This document shows, one piece after another, positions 53,169 to 63,500 of a stretch of DNA of 64,000 nucleotides (position 1 is the first letter of the stretch; each line of letters begins with the position of its first letter). Location: NCBI GenBank assembly GCA_965203135.1, contig CBDBBO010000003.1, positions 266 to 64,265 of the forward strand, in the 5' to 3' direction. A program made the translations under genes and the position numbers. The notes under the pieces are model-generated. The model did no database searches. It had not been told where the DNA came from and saw nothing but the letters and a program-made list of their open reading frames with translations. This DNA comes from Dehalococcoidia bacterium (GTDB lineage: Bacteria; Chloroflexota; Dehalococcoidia; Lucifugimonadales; CATOSD01).

Positions 53169-54335
53169 ATGATGAACATACCGACTGCATACTTGCCGGG
53201 TTACGAGAAGGCCCGCCTGGTGGATGGTGAGCTTGCGGAAACCTACGTTTCCCACACCACCGTCGGCGACCCGGTAATGGACAACTTGCTGGAGGAGCTG
53301 CAAGGCATCGAGCAGAGCGACGTCCATCGTTACATACGCGCGGGTATGGAAGAGGACCGCGCGGAACTTCGAAAAGCTCCCCAGGCGGTGCGCGAGTTCT
53401 TCGTCGATGCCCCGCAGCAGGAGCCCGAGTGGCTCGATCACAGCGCCTTCGGCCCCGGCATTCGCGCCTTTCACAGAAACTCGGGGCTTGTGTTGGCCGC
53501 GTTCGTTGCGGGCGCCCTTATCGAGGGTTTTTGCACGCTGATAAGCAAGTCGTTCGTGCAGACGGGACGCATATTCGACAACGGGGTCTGGCGCCTCAAG
53601 CAGAACAACCGCCACCAATTGGAGATATTCTGGCCAGGCGGCCTTGAACGCTATGGCGAAGGGTGGAAGCTATCGGTCCGGATACGTTTCGTGCACGGGC
53701 AGGTGCGTCGGCTGCTGGGCCAATCCGAGGAGTGGGACTGGGACGCATGGGGAGCCCCGATCAGCGGGGCGCACATGGGGTACGCCGCCGCCTGCTTCGC
53801 ATCCCGTTCGGCTAAGCACTCGACCACCCTGGGGGCGCGCTACAGCGAGGAGGAGCGGGCCAGCTTTCACGCCGTGTGGCGCTATGCCGGATACCTGATG
53901 GGAGTTCCCGAGTCGATTCTGTACACCGACGAGGCCCACGCGAATCGCATATTCGATATCGGCAACTTGTGCGAGCCCGACCCGACCGAGGACGCGATCA
54001 TCATGACGAACGCGCTCATCAATTCCGCTCCGCTCGTGGCGGGAATCGAGGAACCCGAGAGCCGCAAGAAGCTGGTCCAGCGGGTGATATACCCGGTTTC
54101 GAGGGGGCTTATCGGCAGGGAGCTTGCCGACGTGCTCCGGTTTCCGAACCGGGGCGTGCCGTTTCCCATCTTCGCGTTTCGACTGGACCAATCCATAAAG
54201 CGCGTGGCGGCCAAACTAACGAATCGGCCCGCGACGGGTTTCACGGGACTTCTGGAGACGTCGGCTTACGACGACTCCGGCGTCAGTTACAGGCTACCGG
54301 ACCACGCCCACGCGGAACGCTCGGGACAGTGGTGA
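53169..54335 (+). CDS. MpaB/DUF2236-family (rubber-oxygenase-like) oxygenase
   Basis: ..RLKQNNRHQLEIF..VRIRFVHGQVRRLL..WDWDAWGAPISGAHM.., the characteristic DUF2236 core. Confidence 0.6.
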   Translation: MMNIPTAYLPGYEKARLVDGELAETYVSHTTVGDPVMDNLLEELQGIEQSDVHRYIRAGMEEDRAELRKAPQAVREFFVDAPQQEPEWLDHSAFGPGIRAFHRNSGLVLAAFVAGALIEGFCTLISKSFVQTGRIFDNGVWRLKQNNRHQLEIFWPGGLERYGEGWKLSVRIRFVHGQVRRLLGQSEEWDWDAWGAPISGAHMGYAAACFASRSAKHSTTLGARYSEEERASFHAVWRYAGYLMGVPESILYTDEAHANRIFDIGNLCEPDPTEDAIIMTNALINSAPLVAGIEEPESRKKLVQRVIYPVSRGLIGRELADVLRFPNRGVPFPIFAFRLDQSIKRVAAKLTNRPATGFTGLLETSAYDDSGVSYRLPDHAHAERSGQW

Positions 54336-54350
54336 GAGAGGGCCAGCGCG

Positions 54351-54866
54351 CTATCCGGCGAACGGGTTGTCGTACTTCTCGGAGTGGACCAGTTCGGAGA
54401 TGGGCTTGCGGGGGACGCCCCGGCCTCGGAAATCGTCGCGGCGATAGCCGAACGGAATCACCGTTACCAGGAACGGTCCCTCGGGTATGCCCAACACGTC
54501 TGCTATAGTTGCGCGCTGGTCGTCCGTCAGGGTGACGTAGCAGGTGCCCATACCCTCAGACCACGCCACGAGTTCCATCTGTTGCAGCGCGCGGCCCGCA
54601 TCCATGAGGGGCTGGTCGGCGTTCTCCATCACGATGGCGATGGCGAGAGGTGCCCGCGCGAGGAAGCCGCCGGAGCCGGCGGTCTCGCCGAGCTTGACCA
54701 AGGTGTCACGGTCTCGGATGACGATGAAGCGCCAGGGCTGCTGGTTGCGCGAGCTGGGCGACCAGCGGGCCGCGCTTAGCAGCTTGGCGAGCGAGTCGTC
54801 GGTGACTGGGTCGGGCTTGAATTCGCGAACGGTGCGGCGCGTTCTCAGGGCCTCGTAGATGTCCAT
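54351..54866 (-). CDS. Nitroreductase-family flavoprotein
   Basis: RRTVREF...AARWSPSSRNQQPWRFIV. Confidence 0.85.
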   Translation of the reverse strand: MDIYEALRTRRTVREFKPDPVTDDSLAKLLSAARWSPSSRNQQPWRFIVIRDRDTLVKLGETAGSGGFLARAPLAIAIVMENADQPLMDAGRALQQMELVAWSEGMGTCYVTLTDDQRATIADVLGIPEGPFLVTVIPFGYRRDDFRGRGVPRKPISELVHSEKYDNPFAG

Positions 54867-55009
54867 GTTCTGCCTCCTGGATATGTTGCCCTGCCATGAT
54901 ACACGTTGCCGCGCCTCGGGTCGCGTAAGAGGATCACGCGAACATCAAGAAGGCGCTCCGGCAGAGTTCTCCGGAGCGCCTTCCGATCTCGTGGTTTCCT
55001 GGACAGCAG

Positions 55010-55507
55010 TTAGCCGGCGGAGACCTCGTTCAGCTTGCCGGTCGCGCAGTCGTAGACGAATCCGCGCACGGAGTCCTTGACCGGGATGAACGGGCTGGCC
55101 TTGACGCGGGCGATGGACTGTCTCACGTCCTCATCGAGGTCGGGGAACGCCTCCATCGCGAAGGTGGGCCTGAGGCCGGTGTCGGCGTAGATGGCGTCCT
55201 TCACGTCGTCGTCCCGGAAGGTGAGCATGCCGCAGTCGGTGTGGTGAATGAGGATCACCTCTCGCGTACCGAGAAGGCGCTGCGAGATAACGAGCGAGCG
55301 AATGGCGTCGTCGGTGACTACGCCGCCGGCGTTGCGGATGACGTGGGCGTCGCCCGCTTCGATGCCCAGCAGCCTGTGCGTATCCAGCCGTGCGTCCATA
55401 CAGGCCACCACTGCCAGGCCCTTCGCGGGCGGCAGTGGGAGATCCCCCTTGTCGAAAGCCTCGGCATAGCGCGCGTTATTCTCCAGCAGTTCGTCGGTAG
55501 CCGACAC
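55010..55507 (-). CDS. Beta-class carbonic anhydrase
   Basis: Zinc ligands and dyad in VVACMDARL and IHHTDCGM. Confidence 0.85.
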   Translation of the reverse strand: MSATDELLENNARYAEAFDKGDLPLPPAKGLAVVACMDARLDTHRLLGIEAGDAHVIRNAGGVVTDDAIRSLVISQRLLGTREVILIHHTDCGMLTFRDDDVKDAIYADTGLRPTFAMEAFPDLDEDVRQSIARVKASPFIPVKDSVRGFVYDCATGKLNEVSAG

Positions 55508-55648
55508 AACAACCTCCTTGTGGTTCTATTGAGACCGTTCAGTCTCATCGAGCCTAATTTAACAGGCAAGGCGGACGGAATGTCAAGTGGGGGATCTGCG
55601 GCCGGATGGCTCAGCGGCGTTCGGAGTCACGACCGAATGAGACGGCGC

Positions 55649-56560
55649 TCAGTCGTGGGCGATTTCCTGGAGAAAGTCTCGCACTAGGGCGGCACACCTT
55701 TCCGGCTGCTCGAGCTGAAGCAGGTGGGTCGTCTCGGGGAGGAAGTCGTAGTTGACGGTGAAGACGTCGCGAAGGTCGAGCGTGGGTAGGTACGAGTACG
55801 GCAGGGTGGGGTCGGCGCCGATGACCTTGGTCGGGCACAGCATCGCGTCAAAGTCCACCAGCACGGCGTATGCGCCGGCCCACTCGATCATCTGCGCTTC
55901 ATAGTCGCGGGGGCAGCGAAGCTCGTAGCCGTCGCCGCTCGCGGCGTCGCGGAGCGTGGCCTCCGCGAACAGATCACGCACGCCTGGCTTGACGCGTTGG
56001 AAGTTAGGAATGAACCCCAGGAGCTCGGCGAACGACTCCCTGGTCGGGAATAGGGGCGTGCGAGAGCGGGTGAGCGCGGCGAGGCGCGCGGCGACCTCCT
56101 CGAACTCCTGGAGGCTGCGGCCGGCCTTGCACAGCGGAGGGTCGAAGAGGATGCGGGCGGTGAAGTCGGCCCCCAGATTGGCGGACAGGAGCGTGGTGAG
56201 CGCGGAGATGGAGTGGAACACTCCCACCCTGGGTTTGTCGCCGAAGTGGGCGTCGATAGACTCCATGATCACGTCGTGGTCGTGCACCAGCGTGGGCAGA
56301 TTGTGGTTCTGCATGGAGCTGGCGGCGTTCCAGCCGTGGTTTCGCAGGTCGTAGGCGATGATGTCGTAGTCGTCCGCGAGAAGCGACCAGAATGGATAGT
56401 AGACGTCGATCGAAAGCCCGTTTCCATGACTCATCACGAGCCGTGGCCCGGACGGGTTGCCGTGGCGGCGCAGGGTGATGACAGTCTCTTCGTCCACCCG
56501 GACGTCGTGGGTAGAGAGCGGTTCGGGCAGCTCCCAGGCGCGCTCCGGTGCGGACGTCAC
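55649..56560 (-). CDS. Alpha/beta-fold hydrolase
   Basis: LVMSHGNG oxyanion region and VFHSISA nucleophile elbow-like segment. ATGA-coupled to the PPTase gene upstream. Confidence 0.6.
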   Translation of the reverse strand: MTSAPERAWELPEPLSTHDVRVDEETVITLRRHGNPSGPRLVMSHGNGLSIDVYYPFWSLLADDYDIIAYDLRNHGWNAASSMQNHNLPTLVHDHDVIMESIDAHFGDKPRVGVFHSISALTTLLSANLGADFTARILFDPPLCKAGRSLQEFEEVAARLAALTRSRTPLFPTRESFAELLGFIPNFQRVKPGVRDLFAEATLRDAASGDGYELRCPRDYEAQMIEWAGAYAVLVDFDAMLCPTKVIGADPTLPYSYLPTLDLRDVFTVNYDFLPETTHLLQLEQPERCAALVRDFLQEIAHD

Positions 56561-57366
56561 GCGCGCTCGCCTTTCGCGCGGGCCAATGCCCGGTCGATTT
56601 CGGCGTCGGTGAGCGCGCTGAAGCGCGGCCCAGGCTCATGGGCGACAGCGGCGGCGAACTCATCGCAGCCCAGATCGTCCACGCGCCAATTCATCGTGGG
56701 AAGCTGCGGAAAGCGGTACGTCGCGGACGACGCGCCCAGGCGCATGGCCGCCGGCGCCTCGAAATCGGCCGGGTCGAATGATATGCCCGTTCCCAACGCC
56801 TTGATGAGCGCCTCCTTGATGGTCCAGAGCTTGAAGAACAGGTGGATCCTGCGGGGACCGTTCGCCCGGGTGAGAGCGCGCTGTTCGTTGGCTCCGAAGG
56901 CGGCGTCGATCAGGCGGTCGAAGTCGCGCCGCTCGGTGCGCTCCTCGACGTCTACGCCGAGCCTGCCGTCCGGTGCGAGGGCGATCAGGCCGTGGCTGCC
57001 GCCGTGGCTCACGTTGAAGCTGACGGGCACGTGCTCGCCGTCGACGAGCGTGAAGGGCTTTTCGTGAATCGCCTGGCCGAAGGCGAGTTGTTCATTGCGG
57101 CATCCCAGGTGGTCGCAGAGGATGGCGCGGAGGGCCGCTCGACACAGCGCGAACCTTCGGCGCGCTCCCAGGTGAACGAACTTTCGCCATCGCTTTCGCT
57201 CGCAGGCGTCGAGCATGGCGAAGGCGGACGCTTCATGACCAGGATGAGGGGCGAGGTCGACGTGGACCACGGCAGCGGTCCCGAATCGACCGTGTGGCTT
57301 CCACCAGCAGTCCGTGGCACGGACTGACATGGTTCTCCCTGGAACTGATGAGGTTGTCATAGGCAC
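56557..57366 (-). CDS. Sfp-type 4'-phosphopantetheinyl transferase
   Basis: FNVSHGGSHGLIAL, GVDVEE, WTIKEALIKALG. Alternative start at 57330. Confidence 0.85.
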   Translation of the reverse strand: MPMTTSSVPGRTMSVRATDCWWKPHGRFGTAAVVHVDLAPHPGHEASAFAMLDACERKRWRKFVHLGARRRFALCRAALRAILCDHLGCRNEQLAFGQAIHEKPFTLVDGEHVPVSFNVSHGGSHGLIALAPDGRLGVDVEERTERRDFDRLIDAAFGANEQRALTRANGPRRIHLFFKLWTIKEALIKALGTGISFDPADFEAPAAMRLGASSATYRFPQLPTMNWRVDDLGCDEFAAAVAHEPGPRFSALTDAEIDRALARAKGERA

Positions 57367-57473
57367 ACAAAGTTAGCAGAACCGGTACATGCCGGTCAAC
57401 GTTGCTGAGGCATGGACCTTGTCACAGCCTCTATCGGGAGACTGAGTGACGCGGCCCTTGTACAAGACTCGGT

Positions 57474-57502
57474 TTGACCCACCGCCAGCCACTTGCTACG
57501 AT
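57474..57502 (+). promoter_or_regulatory. Sigma-70-like promoter candidate for the PKS gene
   Basis: TTGACC, 17-nt spacer, TACGAT, about 60 nt upstream of GTG 57562. A perfect 10-bp palindrome CTTGTACAAG at 57458-57467 abuts the -35. Confidence 0.35.
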
Positions 57503-57561
57503 GAAATTCATATACTTTCAACGTCCGCAATTGTGGACTCGACCTTCCAGAGGAGGCCATC

Positions 57562-60500
57562 GTGGCGCTGGACGATATCGCTGGATCATCAAGTGATATA
57601 GCATCTCATTCGGGGGTTGGGAGCCCTTCCGGGCCGGCGGAGCCTATCGCCATCGTTGGCATGGCCTGCCGCTTCCCGGGCGCGAACAGTCTCGACGAAT
57701 TCTGGCAGCTGCTGGAGTCAGGTGGAAATGCTATCACCGAAGGCGTGCCGGGTTCCGGTGTTGGCCGGATCGGGCAGTTCTACCCGGAATCCGCAAATCA
57801 GTTTCCGGCCTGCCGGTATGCGGCCCTAGTCGACGATATCGACATGTTTGACGCGGAGTTTTTCAGGATTTCGCCTGTAGAGGCACAGCTTCTGGACCCC
57901 CAGCAGCGCATGGTACTGGAAACCTGCTGGAAGGCCCTCGAGGACTCGCTGGTGGACCCCGAGCAGCTCAAGGGAAGCCGCACCGGGATATACCTGGGCA
58001 TAAGCAACAATGACTACCGCGGGGTGAGCCTGGCGGCCACCCAGCAGACCGGCGCGGCCGAGAGCCTGTACACCGTTGCCGGCACGTCATTCAATACAGC
58101 CGCCGGCCGGGTTGCGTTCGCGCTCGGCCTGCAAGGACCGGCCATGGCGGTGGACACCGCCTGCTCGTCCTCACTGTTCGCACTACACCAGGCGATGGCA
58201 TCGCTTCAACGGGATGAGGCTGACCTGATACTGGTCGGGGGCGTCCAGGCCATCTTCCTGGGTCAGCTGACCCAGTTGAGGGCGAGAGCCGGGATGCTGT
58301 CTCCTGACGGCCAGTGCAAGGCCTTCGACGCTTCTGCCAACGGTTTCGTTCGCGGCGAGGGCTGCGGCATGGTCGTGCTGAAGCGGCTCGCCGACGCCGA
58401 GGCCGACGGCGACCGGATCTGGGGCGTGGTGCTGGGTTCGGCCGTGAACCAGGACGGCACCAGCGCCGGACTCACGGTGCCGAGCGGCGTCGCCCAGGAG
58501 AGGGTGATCGAGGAGGCCCTGCTTCAAGCCGGCGTCGCTCCCCAGGATGTGGACTTTTTGGAGGCCCACGGCACGGGCACCGAAGTGGGCGACCCCATCG
58601 AGTTGAACGCCGCGGCGGAAGTCTACGGCAGGGGGAGAGATCCCGGCAATCCCTTGCTGGTGGGTTCGGTGAAGACCAATGTGGGGCACCTGGAGCCGGC
58701 GGCGGGAGTGGCCGGCCTGATGAAGGTGCTTCTGTCCATGCAGCGGGGTATCGTCCCCAGGCACCTGCACTTCAACAATCCGAACCCGCGCCTTGATTGG
58801 GACAGTCTTCCCGTCAGGATCCCGACAGAGAACGTCCAGTGGCCGCGGGTTTCAGGCAGGCATCCGAGGGCCGGGATCAGCTCATACGGCTGGTCCGGGA
58901 CCAATGTCCACGTCGTGGTCGAGGGCTACCCGAGTCCTGCGGAGGCTTCCGCGGACAAGGGTGGAATGCCGCAACCCGCCGGAGCATATCGCACGGTCCC
59001 AGTTTCGCTGCCGGATTCGCCGGACGGCCCGCTTCCCGTAGTGGAAGGGGCCAGGCATGCCCGCATTCTGCCGCTTTCGGGAAAGATGGATGACGCCCTG
59101 AGAGACTCGGCGAGGTCGTACCTGTCGTGGCTGGACACGCAGAGCGGGGCCGCGTTCGCGGACGGCAGCGCCGTCGCCCCCGGCTTCTCGGACATGGCCT
59201 GGACGGCAGGAGTCGCGCGCAGCCACTTTGAGCGGCGCGCGGCTGTCGCCTTCAAGGACGCAGAGTCGCTGCGAGCCGGTCTCCGAGAGGTTGTCGAGGG
59301 CACACGCAAACCTTCCGAGGATGCCGCGACCAAGGTGGCGTTCGTCTACACGGGACAGGGAAGCCAATGGTACGGCATGGGCAGGACACTCTACGAGCGC
59401 GAGCCGGTGGTGAAGGACGTGCTGGACAGGTGCGAGCGCGTCATGCTGGAGGAGCGTGGGGCGTCGCTGCTGGACGTGATGTTCGGGGCCGGGACCGCCG
59501 CCGGCGATCTGTACGACACCACGTGGTCGCAGCCCGCCGTGTACGCGCTGGAATGCGCCCTCACGGCGCTGTGGCGGAGCATAGGCGTCGAGCCGAGCGT
59601 TGCGATCGGACACAGCCTGGGCGAGTTCGCTGCCGCGCAGGCGGCGGGCGTGTTCAGCCTGGAGGAGGGCCTGCGATTCGTGGCCAGACGGGGCGAGCTG
59701 CTGTCGTCCGTTCCTGTGAAGGGCACAATGGCGGCGATCTTCGCGTCGCCGGAGGCAGTGGCCGCCGCCGTCGATGAGCACAACGCGGCGGCGGCCACTG
59801 CAGGCGTGAGCGTCGCGGTCGACAACGGCATACACCAGGTGATCAGCGGCACGGAAGCGGCGGTCAAAGCGGTGTCCGACCGCTTCGAGGCCGACGAAAT
59901 CATGGTGAGACCGCTGAGAAACCAGGCGTTCCACAGCCCGCTGCTCGAGCCCGCGCTGGACGACCTGGAGCAGGCGTTCAACCGGGTCGAAGTCTCGCCG
60001 CCTTCACTGTCGCTGGTGAGCAACGTCACAGGCAAGGTGGTAGCACAGGACGAGTCCCTGGACGGCAGGTACTGGCGTGGTCACGCGCGCAATGCGGTAC
60101 AGTTCCGAAAGGGCATAGGCGAGATGGCCGATTTGGGCGTCGATCTGGTGGTTGAGATCGGCCCGCACGCCGTGCTCGGCCCGCTGGTGTCGCTGGTGTG
60201 GCAAAGCGTGGCTGAAGGCGCGAATGATCCCGTCGTGTTGCAGAGCATGCTGCGTCCGTCCTCGGGCGCGTTCGACGCCGAGGTGGACGACGGATTCGTC
60301 GATGCGGTCGCGGCCGCATATAACGCCGGCCTTTCGCTGGACTTTGCCGGCCTGTTCGCCGGGGAAGAGCGGCGGCGCATTTCCGTGCCCGGCTATCCCT
60401 TCCAGCGGCGCCGGTACTGGGTGGAGGGCACTCAGAGGCGCACCTCCGGCGACGCGCACCCGCTGCTGGGCGAGAGGCACGAGTCCGCGCGTGGCGAGGT

Positions 60501-63500
60501 GATGTTCGAGACGGAGATGTTCCCTTCCGAACCGTCCTGGCTGGAGGACCACCAGGTATTCGGCCGGGTGGTGATGCCCGGAGCGGTCTACGGAGCGATG
60601 GCCGCCACCGTACCATTCACCGAAGGAGCGGGCGCGTCTGTGGTCGAGGACCTCCAGCTTCATGTCCCGCTGGTCTACCCGGAGTATTCGCCAGATGGCG
60701 ACACGGAGGAGCCGGGACGCCGGATGCAGTTGGTCGTCGACGGCTCGACGGACTCGACCGCACGGACTTTCGAGGTCTTCAGCAAGGGTGAAGACGACGA
60801 ATGGCTACTCCACGCGGAGGGCCGGCTATCTCCTGATTCAGGGCAGTGGGGCATAGTTGAAACGGCGGACCTGGATGCGCTGAAGGCCGGTCTCACTCTG
60901 CAGGACCTGTCCGACTACTACCGGGCCAAAGCGGTGAGCGGAATCGACTTCGGGCCAGCGTTCAGGACCCTGGAGGCCCTATGGGGTGAAGGAAGCGAGG
61001 CGGTCGGCGAAATCGCGCTTCAGGACACAAGAGGGTCCATCTACGAGGCCATACACCCGCTGTTGCTGGACGGATGTTTCCAGGTGTTGTCGGCCGCCCG
61101 AAACCTGTCCGGTATCGGGGGCGAGGCCACCTATCTCCCGTTCGGCTGGGAGCGCCTCCGGCTGAATGGCCCCCTGCCCGACCGGCTGGTGTGCCACGCT
61201 CGGATGAGGGACGGCGTTCAGGCGCCGGACGATGATGAAGCGACCGCGCATACGCCGGAGACCCTGATCGGGGATTTGCGGCTGTACTCGCTTGAGGGCG
61301 ACGTGCTCGGCGAATTGACGGGTTTCGCCCTGAAGCGGGCCACGCGAGCCGCGTTCCTGTCGTCTACCGAGGGACTCGAGGACCTGTTGTACGAGGTCGT
61401 CTGGCGCGAGCGGCCGCTGTTGGGCGGCTTGCGGTCGGCAGATCCCCTCGTCGGTCCATCCGCAGTCGCGGCGAGCACGGGCGCCTTCGCCGAGTATCTG
61501 TCCGAGGAAGGCGTCGAGATCGACGACCGCGCGACCCTGCTTGGCGATATGGAGCGGCTGTCCCGGTCCTATGCCCTGGCGGCTCTGAATCGCTTGGGAT
61601 GGCAGCGCGATGCGGGAAAGGTCGTGCATCCGGACGCTCTCCGGGAAGGGCTGCGGGTCCTGCCCGAACACGCCCGTCTCCTGGAGAGGATGCTCCGGCT
61701 GCTGGCCGACGCGGGCGTACTGGAGCGCGGTCCGAGCGGCGGCTACGGGATCGTTGTAGGAACGGAAGACCGGCTTCCGGACGAGGCGCTGGTCGACCCG
61801 GAAGCCTTCGCGGATCGTATGGTCGAATTGCATCCTCATGGCTCCAGCGAGCTGGGCCTCCTCAGGAGGAGCGGTGGAGCCCTGGCGGAAGTGCTGCGGG
61901 GCGAGGTGGACCCACTATCAATACTATTCCCGAGAGAGGGCCCCGGCGCGGCGGACTTCTACTTCACCGCACCGGCTTCGAGGGCCTCGAACAGGATGCT
62001 GGCGGACGCGGTGGCCGCGACCGTAGCCGACTGGCCGGAGGGACGCCGGCTGCGCATTCTGGAGGTGGGCGCGGGCACCGGCTCCGGAACATCCGTGGTG
62101 CTGCCGGAACTGCCGGACGGCGGGTTCGACTACGTGTTCACCGACATCTCGGCGGGCTTCTTTGCCGAGGCCGAGATCCGTTTCAGCGATTCGGGAGCGC
62201 CCATCGAGTACCGGCCGCTGGATATCGAGCGAGACCCTGCCGACCAGGGTTTCGATCTCCATTCCTATGATCTGGTCATAGCCGTCAACGTGCTGCACGC
62301 CACGCGGGACCTGGGAGAGACCCTGACCAACTGTAAGAGTCTGCTGGCCCCGTCCGGCCAGCTGCTCGCCGTGGAGAGCCTGCGGGGGCGCGGGTGGCAG
62401 GACATGACCTTTGGGCAACTGGACGGATGGTGGCGCTACTCCGACGCCTACAGGCCGAACCACGCCGTCGCCTCGCCCGAAGTCTGGCTCCAGGCCCTGG
62501 CCGACACCGGATTCGTAGACTCGGCGGTACTGGGCGGCGAGAGCGTGGGCGACATGGGCCCCGTGGGTTCCGGCGTCATTCTGGGCCGGGGACCCGAGCA
62601 TATCACCCTGGCGGAAGGCGTCTGGGTGCTGGCCGCCCACAATGAGGCTGCGGCGGTTGATCTGGCGGGAGGCTTCGCGGCGCAAAATCAGAAGGTGGTC
62701 GTCGCGAGCAATAGCCGGAGCGATAGCTCGCCTCCCAGTGGCGCAGGTGTTTTACATGCCGCGGTCGATGCGGAACGGCGGGAGTCGTGGAGCCAACTGC
62801 TGGAGTCCCTGCCGGACGATGTCCCGTTGCACGGAGTAGTCCACTGCTCTTCGCTGGAGGGCCTGGGGACAGAGGCGACGACGGAGCAGTTGGCGCAGGA
62901 AGTGAGGAGGGTCGGTTCGAGCGCCCTTGCATTGACGCAGGCCCTGCAGGATTCGGGTGTGGTGCCGGTCAAGGGGCTGTCGTTCATCACCAGGGGAGCC
63001 CAGGCGCTGGAACGGGACTACATGCGACGCAGCGTCGAGGAACTGCCCGGCGCCACCCTCTGGGGGTTCGGCAAGGCGCTGGCGCGGGAGGTTGGCCATC
63101 TGCAACCCAGAATGATCGATCTGGACCCGGATGCGTCGCCGAACATCGACAGCCTGGTCGACGAGCTGATGTTCCCCGATTCCGAAACCCATATCGCCTA
63201 CCGGTCCGGCGACCGTTTGGCCTCACGTCTCGTGAGGAGGAGTGACGCCAGGCCTCGACTGGACTTGCCGGATGAACCGGACTGGCGGCTCGTCTCCACC
63301 GCGGGTGAGGGTCTGCAGGGACTGCACACGGTGCCCGCTACGCCGCAACCGCTCCAGAGCGGCGAGGTTCGAGTGCGGGTGGAAGCGGCAGGGCTCAACT
63401 TCTCCGACGTCCTCATAGGCATGGGGGCCGTCGAGATGGACCCGATGTTGGGCGACGAGTTCTGCGGCCGCATTGCGGAAGTCGCCGATGACGTTTCCGG

